Shown piece after piece: positions 39,372 through 48,548 of a stretch of DNA of 53,311 nucleotides (its first letter is position 1; each line of letters starts with the position of its first letter). The translations under genes and the position numbers were made by a program. The stretch is from an uncultured Candidatus Saccharibacteria bacterium. Lineage in GTDB: Bacteria > Patescibacteriota > Minisyncoccia > Phycocordibacterales > Phycocordibacteraceae. The stretch is taken from NCBI GenBank assembly GCA_964499455.1, contig CAZCLC010000003.1, forward strand, positions 1 to 53,311, in the 5' to 3' direction. The notes under the pieces are model-generated. The model ran no database searches and had not been told where the DNA came from. It worked only from the letters and a program-made list of their open reading frames with translations.

Positions 39372-40928
39372 TTAGTACATACCTAACATGCCTCGTGGAC
39401 GATATTGCAGTGCTTCAAAAATATGTGAAGGAGTAATTTTTAATGTCTGTTCCATATTTGCAATAGTATGGGCTAATCGTAGTGTACGATAATATCCGCG
39501 TGCGGAGAGTTTAAGTTTTTTTGCGGCTTGCACTAAAGTTTTTTGTGTTTCGTCGGTGCATCGTATCATCAACTCCTCATCTTTTTCAAACGAGGTGCTT
39601 TTTTTGTTCTTATTTTTATTATGGCATTCTTGTGAAAAATCGCGTGCGGCAATCACTCGTTTACGAACTAATATTGATGGTTCGCCATTTTGTAACGCAG
39701 CAAGTGTTTCGTGTGGTACGGGCGGTACCTCCACCCACATATCAAACCTATCAGCAATAGGGCGAGAGATTTTTCGTGCTTGTTTTTGTGCGGTACGAAC
39801 AGCAAGCATTGCATCGTTAGTAACAGTTTCAGCAGGGTTCATTGCCGCGACCACCATACAGTCTGCCGGAAATGTAACTGTCGCTTTCGTTCTAGAAATC
39901 GTTATACGCTTATCCTCAAGCGGTTGACGCAGTGCTTCAATAGTCTGTGTTCCAAATTCAGTAAATTCATCAAGAAATAAAACACCTTTATGTGCTAAAG
40001 TCATTTCTCCGGCGCGTGGGAAAACTCCACCACCAACCATTGCAGTATATGATGCTGTATGATGAGGCGCGCGAAACGGTGGCCAATACACCACTGTTCC
40101 TGGATTAAGGATCCCAGCTGTTGAATGAATTGTAGTTACTTCGAGGACCTCATCATCAGTAAGTGGTGGAAGGATACTTGGAAGCGCTTTAGCTAAAAGT
40201 GTTTTGCCGGTTCCCGGCGGTCCATATAATACAATATTATGTCTTCCAGCGGCCGCAATTTCAAGAGCTCTTCTTGCACTTTCCTGTCCTTTTATCGCCG
40301 AAAGATCAATTGCAGGAGGAGGCGTACTTTGTTTTACTGCAGAATATATTGGCAGTAAAACCTCACCACGTATATGGTTAATAATTTCCGATAGGTTTTT
40401 TGGAGCATATACAGATAATCCATTCACCAAACTTGCCTCCGCAGCGTTCCCAAGTGGTACAAAAGCAGTAGTAATGCCATGTGCGTAGGCAGCGCGTATT
40501 TGCGCAAGCACACCATGAACCGGACGTATTGTACCGTCAAGAGCAAGTTCACCGGTGCACAATGTTTTATTTACAATAGATGGAATTTCTTCAGTAGCAA
40601 TAAGATAGCAAAGTGCAAGAGGGACATCATAATGTGAACCTTCTTTTTTTATATCCGCAGGTGATAGTGATAATACAATTCGTCGATTTTCAGATTTTGG
40701 TGATTTGAATCCAGCGTGCCGAATAGCTGCGGCAATTCTATCGCGTGATTCTTCTACGGCACGATCTGCGAGACCAACAACCGAGAATGAATGAAGTCCT
40801 CGTGTAACATCTGCTTCAACAGTAATCAGTGCAGCATCTGCTCCTATTGGTTGCGCTGTTGTAACAGTTGCATAACCGCGTATGCGCTGTTTATGTTTAG
40901 AACCGCTTCCTTCATAATTGTCGTTCAT
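39372..40928 (-). CDS. comM: YifB/ComM Mg-chelatase-like AAA+ helicase
   Basis: VGLADRAVEESRDR, GELALDG, GPPGTGKT, PFRAPHH, LAHKGVLFLDEF, LRQPLE, LSARG. Confidence 0.92.
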   Translation of the reverse strand: MNDNYEGSGSKHKQRIRGYATVTTAQPIGADAALITVEADVTRGLHSFSVVGLADRAVEESRDRIAAAIRHAGFKSPKSENRRIVLSLSPADIKKEGSHYDVPLALCYLIATEEIPSIVNKTLCTGELALDGTIRPVHGVLAQIRAAYAHGITTAFVPLGNAAEASLVNGLSVYAPKNLSEIINHIRGEVLLPIYSAVKQSTPPPAIDLSAIKGQESARRALEIAAAGRHNIVLYGPPGTGKTLLAKALPSILPPLTDDEVLEVTTIHSTAGILNPGTVVYWPPFRAPHHTASYTAMVGGGVFPRAGEMTLAHKGVLFLDEFTEFGTQTIEALRQPLEDKRITISRTKATVTFPADCMVVAAMNPAETVTNDAMLAVRTAQKQARKISRPIADRFDMWVEVPPVPHETLAALQNGEPSILVRKRVIAARDFSQECHNKNKNKKSTSFEKDEELMIRCTDETQKTLVQAAKKLKLSARGYYRTLRLAHTIANMEQTLKITPSHIFEALQYRPRGMLGMY

Positions 40929-40974
40929 TATGTATATGCATATCTCTATTATGCATTTTCTGTGTTAATTATGA

Positions 40975-41337
40975 TTATTTTTCTTCGTGTGATTCGCAAG
41001 TACGCGCTGCAGGATCTGCTATGAGACGCTCATCTTCAATAGAATGCTGTGTTCCTGATATTGTGCAGATACCGTATGTATTATTATTTATACGTTCAAT
41101 CGCATCGATGACTTTTTGGTAGCGTATTTGTAAATCATTTACAAGAGCTACATTTTTATCATATTCTTCAAGTGTTGCCGCAGCGTCTTCTTTTTCTGAT
41201 TCAGGCTCAACAGACTTAGAAACAACCTCCCATTTATCTGGATTTGTTCCTATATGCTGGCTTATAGTATTAAGTTGTTGTTTAAGTTCTTCGCTTTCTT
41301 CCTCTAACCGTTTTTTTAGTATATTAATGTTAGTCAT
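40975..41337 (-). CDS. DksA/TraR-family protein with variant zinc finger
   Basis: Coiled coil, AIERINNNTYGIC, ERLIADPAARTC. Confidence 0.85.
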   Translation of the reverse strand: MTNINILKKRLEEESEELKQQLNTISQHIGTNPDKWEVVSKSVEPESEKEDAAATLEEYDKNVALVNDLQIRYQKVIDAIERINNNTYGICTISGTQHSIEDERLIADPAARTCESHEEK

Positions 41338-41385
41338 ATTTTATAGGATAGCATATTGATGTGCTATATTCATCTATTATAATGA

Positions 41386-43089
41386 TTATTGATTTAGTTT
41401 ATTAAGAAGAACAATAAATGCCGCTGCATTACGAGCAATTATGAGTGTGTTTCTATTGGCAAAACCATACAACAGTATGCTTTGTTTCGAAGAATCACGC
41501 AGTATGCGCACACTATGATTTAGTATTGTTTCATCAACAAAAGCATTAGTGGTAGGAACCCCTGTTTTGTTTATTTGAGTTGTTTGTTCCGTTGTTGTAC
41601 TTGTTGATGTGGCGTTCGCTACATTTGTACTTATTGTTATGGGATATATTTCTTGTAAGTCAGTTGCAATACTGTTTTCCCAACGTAACATACCGGCAAA
41701 TGCAGCGTCATATGAAGCAACACGTAGGATAAAGAATGGTCGTGTTTGGTTTCCTGCAGCGACAATACCGACAGTGCTATCGACGGCCGTATTATTCATA
41801 AGAATTGTCGGAATAGGTAAATGAAGTGCGGCAATTATATATCCACCTGGTAGTGGGCGTTTTTTAATAACACCATTTTTAAGTTTAGTTGTGGTTGCAA
41901 GATATGTTATGGCAACTGCTCCGTTTTGAAGAGATATCTGTGCTGTTTGTGCAAGTGCTTGTAGTAAAGCAGGGCCGCTCCCTAATATTTCATGTGAAGT
42001 ATTTGATGATATTAATGAAGGAACCGATAAAACAATTGGTGCAGGACTCGTTTCTTTTATGTTATGTAAATATGCGTAGCCAATACCTACAATACTTATT
42101 ATAACAAGGAGCGTGCCACCTATAACAAACCATAACGAGGTCCGATGTGTTTTTTGAATATGTGATTTTGTACGTGACTGCGCATCATGTTCAACAGCAA
42201 GAATAGATGTAGCTGATGCTCCAGTTTTTCTTACAGTATCAACGAAATCTGTTTTGTATGTATGTATTGGTGAAATTGTTGGGCCGTTTTGTGTTGTGGG
42301 CACTGTTTTTTTTACAGGTGTTTGTGGAGGCGGTGTTGGTGGTGTTTCATATTTTGGTGGTAACACACTTCCAACAACGAAGTTATTCCCTACATTTTTT
42401 TTCTGTGGTACTTTTGAACGAAGTCGTTCAAGTATTTTTCTTCTTTTATCTTCACTCTCATCTTGCAATGGTATAGGTGTATTAATAGGTTTTGTTTTAG
42501 TAGGAACTGTCGGTGGTATTATGTCTTCATGAACAACAACTTCATCACTTGTTTGTGATGTGCGTGTCGGCGCAGTAGCTTGCTGTTGTACCGACACTAC
42601 ACTTTCTGAAGCAGATGGTACCGTTTCTTTCGCTATTATATTATCTAATTGCTGTTGTGTTGACTGTACAGGAGAGGAATTTAATGGTTTTTTAACATAT
42701 AACGGCTCTTGTGTTTTTATAGTATCAGGCGACGAGATAATTATATTTTCATGAACAACTTTTCCAGATGAATTATCTGTAGTATTTTCTCTATCGTTAG
42801 TTTCATTACTTACAAGAATCCAAGACCACAGCTTTGACCAGAGCGATTGTGATGCGTCTATTTGTTTCCGATGTATTACTACCATATCAACAGGTATTTC
42901 CGGTACTTCTTTCTTTTTCGTTACCGTTGGTTCTGGTCTCGGTATATTTTGTACTTGTTTAGATATTTGTATTGGTACTGTCGGTGAACTATTTTTTACA
43001 GCAGCAATATCACGTGCGTATGTACGTACAATAAACTTTTTATTTGACGGTACCAGTATTGTTTTTTTATTTTTATCAGCTGGCTGCAT
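41386..43089 (-). CDS. Bitopic protein: long Pro/Thr-rich disordered region, TM helix, C-terminal exported domain
   Basis: VRTYARD and IHTYKTD motifs, TM around LWFVIGG...GYAY, AFAGMLRWE and FVDETI...LLYGF. Confidence 0.7.
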   Translation of the reverse strand: MQPADKNKKTILVPSNKKFIVRTYARDIAAVKNSSPTVPIQISKQVQNIPRPEPTVTKKKEVPEIPVDMVVIHRKQIDASQSLWSKLWSWILVSNETNDRENTTDNSSGKVVHENIIISSPDTIKTQEPLYVKKPLNSSPVQSTQQQLDNIIAKETVPSASESVVSVQQQATAPTRTSQTSDEVVVHEDIIPPTVPTKTKPINTPIPLQDESEDKRRKILERLRSKVPQKKNVGNNFVVGSVLPPKYETPPTPPPQTPVKKTVPTTQNGPTISPIHTYKTDFVDTVRKTGASATSILAVEHDAQSRTKSHIQKTHRTSLWFVIGGTLLVIISIVGIGYAYLHNIKETSPAPIVLSVPSLISSNTSHEILGSGPALLQALAQTAQISLQNGAVAITYLATTTKLKNGVIKKRPLPGGYIIAALHLPIPTILMNNTAVDSTVGIVAAGNQTRPFFILRVASYDAAFAGMLRWENSIATDLQEIYPITISTNVANATSTSTTTEQTTQINKTGVPTTNAFVDETILNHSVRILRDSSKQSILLYGFANRNTLIIARNAAAFIVLLNKLNQ

Positions 43090-43179
43090 ATATGTACCAT
43101 ACTAACCCATATTCGCTTACAGTGTACGAAAAATAATCACATATAAAAATTATATTTTATAACAAAGTACTAATTATAA

Positions 43180-43704
43180 TTAGTGCTTTGTATCTTTATA
43201 ATCAATTAAGAATTTTTGTGGGTCATCACACATATCTGTGAAAGCATGGGCAGCTTCCTTTATTTTTGCAGATGAAGATCTTCCAAAAGAAATAACTTCT
43301 ACCTGGCATCCTTCATTCATATCAAGATATTCTATAAGTGGAACAAAGTCGCCGTCACCAGTCGCAAGCACTATCGTATCAAGTTTTGGTGCGAGTTTGA
43401 CCGCATCAATACTTAAACCAACATCCCAGTCAGCCTTTTTTGCACCACCGGCAAAGATTTGTAAATCTTTAACTTTCGTTTCAATTCCTATTTTAGTGAG
43501 TGCTTCAAAGAAATTTTTTTCGTCGCCACTTTCTGTCGAAATTACATATGCGATAGCACGCACTAATATACGACCACCTACAGCTTCATCGAGTACTTTT
43601 GCGAAATTAACTCTATTTTTATATAAATGTTTTGCACTATGATATAGATTTTGTGTATCTATAAAAACACCGACTCGTTGAGCACTATGTTTTATAACTG
43701 CCAT
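43180..43704 (-). CDS. NYN-domain (LabA/DUF88) PIN-fold protein
   Basis: FIDTQNLY, KKADWDV, ATGDGDFVP, GCQVEV. Confidence 0.92.
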   Translation of the reverse strand: MAVIKHSAQRVGVFIDTQNLYHSAKHLYKNRVNFAKVLDEAVGGRILVRAIAYVISTESGDEKNFFEALTKIGIETKVKDLQIFAGGAKKADWDVGLSIDAVKLAPKLDTIVLATGDGDFVPLIEYLDMNEGCQVEVISFGRSSSAKIKEAAHAFTDMCDDPQKFLIDYKDTKH

Positions 43705-43848
43705 AAGTAATATAAAGTATTTTGATTAAAATATTAAAAATAAAGAACCAATGCTATCTTTTTAAATAATAACACAACACATCAGTTTATAAACATTTTA
43801 TAAAAGCACTGAAATTCACATACCCATAATCTGTGCATATATAAAAAA

Positions 43849-43876
43849 TAAAGTAACTTATTTTAGCGTTACTTTA
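43849..43876 (-). terminator. Intrinsic terminator after rpsO
   Basis: TAAAGTAAC/GTTACTTTA stem followed by T6 on the minus strand. Confidence 0.55.
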
Positions 43877-43883
43877 CAGGTTG

Positions 43884-44150
43884 TTATCGTTTAAGCCCAA
43901 GTTTTTTTATTACAGAATTGTAGCGACGTTTATTATGCGCTTCAAGATAACGTAAATGAACTCGACGATCTGCAACCATTTGCAGTAATCCTCGTCTGGA
44001 GTGGAAATCTTTCTGATTTTTCTTTAAATGTTTCGCAAGCTCCTTAATACTTCTTGTAAGTAAAGCAACTTGCACCTCCGGAGAGCCGGTATCAGATTCA
44101 TGACGAGTTACACCACTTATGGCTCTCATTTTTGTTTGTTTACTAAGCAT
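43884..44150 (-). CDS. rpsO: 30S ribosomal protein S15
   Basis: DTGSPEVQVALLT, KDFHSRRGLL, IKKLGLKR. Confidence 0.96.
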   Translation of the reverse strand: MLSKQTKMRAISGVTRHESDTGSPEVQVALLTRSIKELAKHLKKNQKDFHSRRGLLQMVADRRVHLRYLEAHNKRRYNSVIKKLGLKR

Positions 44151-44261
44151 AAAAGAAAGCATACCACATATTGATTATTTTTGCAATCATTGTAGAATCA
44201 CACTAAAAAAACAAGAACAATATATTGTTATATTGTGCGACATATACGCTATACTAATTAA

Positions 44262-45155
44262 ATGGGTATTGAAGCACTAAAAAAACATTTTCTTGAATAT
44301 ATTGAGATTGAACGTGGTCGTTCCATAAAGACAGTTGAAAATTATGATCGTTATCTATCAAGGTTTTTTATACAAGCCAGTATTAAAAATACAAATGATA
44401 TTTCTGAAAAATCAATACGTGCATTTCGTCTGTGGCTTAACCGTCAACCTGGAAGTACAGGCACATTAAAACGTAGTACACAGAATTATTATCTTATCGC
44501 GCTACGTGCTTTTTTAAAATTTCTTCGTAAACAAGAAGTATTTTGTGTATCACCTGAGCGCATTGAGCTTGCGAAGTCGCCCGAACGCTCACTTGATTTA
44601 ATTAATCATACTGAACTTTCTCGTTTATTAAGCGCTCCACATGGAACGGATGAGAAAAATATTCGCGGCAGAGCAATTTTAGAGCTTTTGTTTTCAACGG
44701 GGCTGCGTGTTTCAGAGCTTTGTGCACTTAATGCTGATATTGATATGTCTCGTGGTGAGATTTCTGTTCGTGGAAAAGGCGATAAAGTTCGTGTTGTATT
44801 TATATCCCCTTCTGCAAAAAATGCAGTTGAAGCGTATATACATATACGTAAAGATATGGAAGAAGCACTTTTTGTAGGTATTTCAAAAGGGAAAAAACGT
44901 AGTGAACGTATTACTTCGCGTTCTATTGAACGTATTGTAAAAAATTGTGCTATACGTGCCGGTATTACAAAAAAAGTTACACCGCACGTACTTCGTCACA
45001 GTTTCGCGACTGATCTTCTTTCAAACGGCGCTGATTTACGTAGCGTTCAAGCCCTTTTAGGTCATGCAAATATTGCCACGACCCAAATATATACTCATGT
45101 TACTGATGCTCATCTGCGTGAAATCCATAAAAAATATCATAGTAATCACCAATAA
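44262..45155 (+). CDS. XerC/XerD-family tyrosine recombinase
   Basis: SAM-like N-terminal domain; TGLRVSEL, RGKG, TPHVLRHSFAT, LGH, TTQIY catalytic set. Confidence 0.93.
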   Translation: MGIEALKKHFLEYIEIERGRSIKTVENYDRYLSRFFIQASIKNTNDISEKSIRAFRLWLNRQPGSTGTLKRSTQNYYLIALRAFLKFLRKQEVFCVSPERIELAKSPERSLDLINHTELSRLLSAPHGTDEKNIRGRAILELLFSTGLRVSELCALNADIDMSRGEISVRGKGDKVRVVFISPSAKNAVEAYIHIRKDMEEALFVGISKGKKRSERITSRSIERIVKNCAIRAGITKKVTPHVLRHSFATDLLSNGADLRSVQALLGHANIATTQIYTHVTDAHLREIHKKYHSNHQ

Positions 45156-45184
45156 ATGCTTTTATTTGGTATAATGTTTTATAT

Positions 45185-45949
45185 ATGCGCATAGTTTCTT
45201 GGAATGTAAACGGTTTACGTTCAGTTGCTAAACATAATTGTTTTATACCATTTTTGAAAGAAACCAAGCCGGATATTTTTTGTTTACAAGAGACAAAAGC
45301 AAATCCGGAACAGTTATCAGATGAAGTACTTAATCTGGGAGGTTTTTCATCTTTTTTTTCATCGTCACAAGTGCGTAAAGGATATAGCGGTGTTGCATTA
45401 TATTCAAAACAAGAGCCACTTTCCGTTTCATATGGTATGGGTATACAAGAATTTGACCAAGAAGGACGAATTATTGTTGGAGAATATGAGGATTTTTGGC
45501 TTTTAGGCGTATATTTTCCAAATGGTGGGCGTGGACAGGACCGTCTGGAGTATAAACTCCGTTTTTACGATGCCTTTTTGCAATTTATACAAAGATTGCG
45601 TAATACAAAACCTGTCATTTTTTGTGGTGATGTAAATACTGCCCATGAAGAAATTGATCTCGCTCGTCCAAAAGAAAATGAAAATAATACTGGTTTCCTT
45701 CCCGAAGAGCGGGCGTGGTTGGATGAAGTTATACGTACAGGATATGTTGATACATTTCGAGATAGACATCCAAAAAGTACAGGTATGTACACATATTGGG
45801 ATGTAAAAACACGTGCTCGTGATAGGAATGTTGGATGGAGACTTGATTATTTTTTTGCATCAAATGAAATTGCACGACGCATAAAAAGTGCAAACATTTA
45901 TACAGATATATATGGTTCTGACCATGTGCCTGTCTCTATAACTCTATAA
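45185..45949 (+). CDS. xth: Exodeoxyribonuclease III / AP endonuclease
   Basis: SWNVNG, LQETK, GYSGVA, YFPNG, GDVN, WRLDY, GSDHVP. Confidence 0.95.
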   Translation: MRIVSWNVNGLRSVAKHNCFIPFLKETKPDIFCLQETKANPEQLSDEVLNLGGFSSFFSSSQVRKGYSGVALYSKQEPLSVSYGMGIQEFDQEGRIIVGEYEDFWLLGVYFPNGGRGQDRLEYKLRFYDAFLQFIQRLRNTKPVIFCGDVNTAHEEIDLARPKENENNTGFLPEERAWLDEVIRTGYVDTFRDRHPKSTGMYTYWDVKTRARDRNVGWRLDYFFASNEIARRIKSANIYTDIYGSDHVPVSITL

Positions 45950-46005
45950 AGGACACCATAAAGGACAGTTATCCACACCCAACCACTTTACGTATGTCCT
46001 TTATA
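45945..46005. promoter_or_regulatory. Perfect DnaA box flanked by TATAAAGGACA repeats
   Basis: TATAAAGGACA 45945-45955, ATAAAGGACA 45958-45967, TTATCCACA 45969-45977, TGTCCTTTATA 45995-46005. Confidence 0.6.
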
Positions 46006-46150
46006 AGGATAGACTTGTACTTGGACATATTAGTTCTTTGGAAAAAGTTCTTTCGCTTTTATGTTTTTCATTAATATGTTCCGATAATGGGCGATCCCAT
46101 AAATAAATAAATACATACAATAAAAAATAATAAAGCAAATAAAATAAAAT

Positions 46151-46234
46151 AAAAACCACCAAATTATCTCCCAGCGGATTACTAAAAAATAAGCCCCAAA
46201 TCTAAAATTTTGATCTGCACAAATGGTGGTTTTT
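46151..46234 (-). ncRNA. Candidate three-stem structured RNA
   Basis: Closing stem AAAAACCACCA/TGGTGGTTTTT; inner stems CAGATC/GATTTG and GGG(C)TTATT/AGTAATCC rely on G-U pairs on the minus strand. Confidence 0.45.
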
Positions 46235-46327
46235 TTATTTCCATTTTTATTTCACCATAATCTTTTTTAATAAATGGGGCATTTACACAAGCAATAAAAG
46301 CTCATAATTATTACTATGTTTCCGATT

Positions 46328-46369
46328 TTACTACCAGCCCCATTTCACGTGAAATGGGGCTGGTGGTAA
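46328..46369. promoter_or_regulatory. parS: parS-like site inside a 32-bp perfect palindrome (42 bp with one G-T pair)
   Basis: ACCAGCCCCATTTCACGTGAAATGGGGCTGGT; core matches the parS consensus TGTTTCACGTGAAACA. Confidence 0.75.
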
Positions 46370-46441
46370 TTCTGTAGCAACATACGGCTTGTTATATGCT
46401 ATATTGCAGTATAGATGATTATTTACAACAAAACCTCGCAG

Positions 46442-46457
46442 TATTTCACGTGAAATT
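46442..46457. promoter_or_regulatory. parS: parS-like site
   Basis: TATTTCACGTGAAATT. Confidence 0.72.
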
Positions 46458-46535
46458 GAAGCCAATGCACGAGATCACTAACAATATGAGACTCCACATA
46501 ACCAAAAGGAAGTAATGCGACAATTTAACATATAC

Positions 46536-46564
46536 AATATTTGGACATCCGATGTCCAAATATT
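46536..46564. repeat. 29-bp palindrome (REP-like)
   Basis: AATATTTGGACATC-C-GATGTCCAAATATT. Confidence 0.8.
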
Positions 46565-46640
46565 ATTGAATAGTCGCTCTACCGCCACAGCAAAAAAAAG
46601 TGGGCACTCCAGATGGTGTCACTTATATATGACTACTTAT

Positions 46641-46686
46641 AAACACTCCCTATTCCATTTCACGTGAAATGGAATAGGGAGTGTTT
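46641..46686. promoter_or_regulatory. parS: parS-like site inside a 46-bp perfect palindrome
   Basis: AAACACTCCCTATTCCATTTCACGTGAAATGGAATAGGGAGTGTTT. Confidence 0.75.
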
Positions 46687-46727
46687 CAAAATCAGCAGTA
46701 TGACCTGTATAACTTTTTTGTGAAAAC

Positions 46728-48188
46728 TTAGCGTACGTGATGTTTTTCTAATATATTCTTTATTTCCTGCTCTTCTCTTTTTTCACTTCCAGCTTTTCCT
46801 ACTTCCCCAAGTTTTTTTAATTCATCATTAGGTAATACTATAAGTTCTTTAATTCTATTGTTTAGATAGCTTAATGTGTTCTTTTCTGGGTTTTCAAGTA
46901 CATCTTCAAGAACAGTATTTAATATCCACCCTATGCGCGGTCCTGCTTTCACGTGAAATGTATCCATAATTGTTCTCCCATTCACCTTTAACATTTTGAC
47001 TGACAACGGGTCTCTGAGTGCCTGTTCAACCATTGCTTTATATTTTCTGAAGCGAAACGGTTGTTCTTTTGGTCTGCCTGTGCCAACACGGTCGCATATA
47101 CGTAGATTGAGTAGATCCCATATATTTTCACTTCCGACATTTTTTATCATCCTACGAACAGCAGATAATGTTATCTGGTCAGGGTCAGAGAAAAACATAT
47201 GCCACCGTACTAAACTGACAACTTTTTCTATCGTTACACGTGAAAACCTCAATTCTGTTAATGCTTTTCTCGTTACACGTGAACCAACTACTTCATGCCC
47301 ATGGAAAGACCAGTCTTTTTTTTCTTCAGACCACCGTCTCGTCTCTGGTTTTGAAATATCATGGAAAAGAGCCGCTAAACGTATATCAAGAGGCCATTTT
47401 TTATCGGCTGCATGCTGCATTGCTCGTATTAAATGTTCAAAAACATCAAATGAATGAGCCTGATTTTGTTTAACTTCAATTCCTCGTGTAAGATCCGGTA
47501 TTATATATTTTAAAACGCCAAGTTTTGCAGCGAATGTTAATGCTATTATTGGTTGGTCAGATTGTAAAATACGTATTAGTTCATCTCGTATACGTTCCTT
47601 AGAAACAAAGGCGAGGACAGACGCCTTTTTTTGTATTGCTAAAGCTGTGTCTGTGTCAAGTGCAAAATTAAGTTCAGAGACAAGTCGTAATGCACGCATA
47701 AGTCGTAATCCGTCTTCTTCAAATCTATCCTGTGCTATACCTACAGCACGTAAAACACCATGTTTCAAATCATCTTGTCCTTTATAAGGGTCAATAATAT
47801 GTCCTTTAGAATCATAAGCCATTGCATTTATTGTAAAATCTCTACGCGCTAAATCTTCTGTTATTGATGCTCCAAAAGAAACAGAATCTGGACGGCGTTT
47901 GTCACTGTATATTGATTCTGTACGATACGGAGTTATCTCTATAATATGCAAACTTTCTTCTTGTGTATTAAGCACAACACCTACAGTACCGAAATCATTA
48001 GTATAGAATGTTTCTTCAAATATATCCTGAATCTCTTCTGGTTTTGCGTTAGTCGTTATATCCCAATCCTTCGGCTTTCTGTTTAAAACAATATCACGTA
48101 CACAACCACCGACTAGGTATGCTTCGTAACCGTTTGTCTGCAATGTATTAACTATCGTATGTATTTCATTTGGAATAGAGTAGGGCAT
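46728..48188 (-). CDS. cca: CCA-adding tRNA nucleotidyltransferase with HD domain
   Basis: VGGCVRD, DWD, RRDFTINA, EDGLR, ERIRDE, FHDISKP, FHGHE. Confidence 0.92.
   Translation of the reverse strand: MPYSIPNEIHTIVNTLQTNGYEAYLVGGCVRDIVLNRKPKDWDITTNAKPEEIQDIFEETFYTNDFGTVGVVLNTQEESLHIIEITPYRTESIYSDKRRPDSVSFGASITEDLARRDFTINAMAYDSKGHIIDPYKGQDDLKHGVLRAVGIAQDRFEEDGLRLMRALRLVSELNFALDTDTALAIQKKASVLAFVSKERIRDELIRILQSDQPIIALTFAAKLGVLKYIIPDLTRGIEVKQNQAHSFDVFEHLIRAMQHAADKKWPLDIRLAALFHDISKPETRRWSEEKKDWSFHGHEVVGSRVTRKALTELRFSRVTIEKVVSLVRWHMFFSDPDQITLSAVRRMIKNVGSENIWDLLNLRICDRVGTGRPKEQPFRFRKYKAMVEQALRDPLSVKMLKVNGRTIMDTFHVKAGPRIGWILNTVLEDVLENPEKNTLSYLNNRIKELIVLPNDELKKLGEVGKAGSEKREEQEIKNILEKHHVR
46945..47286. 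promoter_or_regulatory. Three intragenic parS-like sites in cca
   Basis: GCTTTCACGTGAAATG 46945-46960, CGTTACACGTGAAAAC 47232-47247, CGTTACACGTGAACCA 47271-47286. Confidence 0.6.
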
Positions 48189-48251
48189 ACTTAGAATATT
48201 AATACCAGAATAGCATTTTTCATAGTAACGCAGTAGTATATTATGTATTAT

Positions 48252-48326
48252 GCCCTCGTGGTGAAATGGATATCACATCAGTCTTCGGAACTGACGTTCC
48301 GGGTTCGAGCCCCGGCGTGGGCACCA
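48252..48326 (+). tRNA. tRNA-Arg(TCG), CCA encoded
   Basis: Anticodon arm TCAGT-CTTCGGA-ACTGA, T-loop GTTCGAGC, U5-U68 acceptor mismatch, ends GCACCA. Confidence 0.92.
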
Positions 48327-48548
48327 ATAATCAATTCGCCGATTTTTTACGATTGATTTGGTAGTGTGTTACTTTACAGAACAAGTAAATAGTTTTCGTG
48401 TACTCTGTGCGTAGAAAAATGGAGATTCAATGCCGTTTACAATTTTAAACATTGCTTTTCCAGAACATAATAGTTAATAAAAGCTTTTACGGAGCTTATG
48501 TATATTCAGTGTTAAACTTATATGCGACATTGAAATATCAGCAAATTA

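Noticed and set aside
18773-41999. Extra parS-like hits TTCATGTGAA in dnaN (about 18776) and in the 41386-43089 gene (about 41989)
   Set aside because: Central mismatch plus weak flanks, isolated, plausible by chance
44262-45155. Xer gene as a prophage or ICE integrase
   Set aside because: Housekeeping XerC/D length and motifs, flanked by core genes, with no att pair or cargo
45969-46100. Chain of three tiny minus-strand ORFs (MGSPIIGTY, MKNIKAKELFPKN, MSKYKSILIKDIRKVVGCG)
   Set aside because: 9-19 aa, no recognisable motif, expected by chance in AT-rich DNA
46328-46686. CRISPR array
   Set aside because: Only a 14-18 bp core recurs, spacing is irregular, and there are no cas genes
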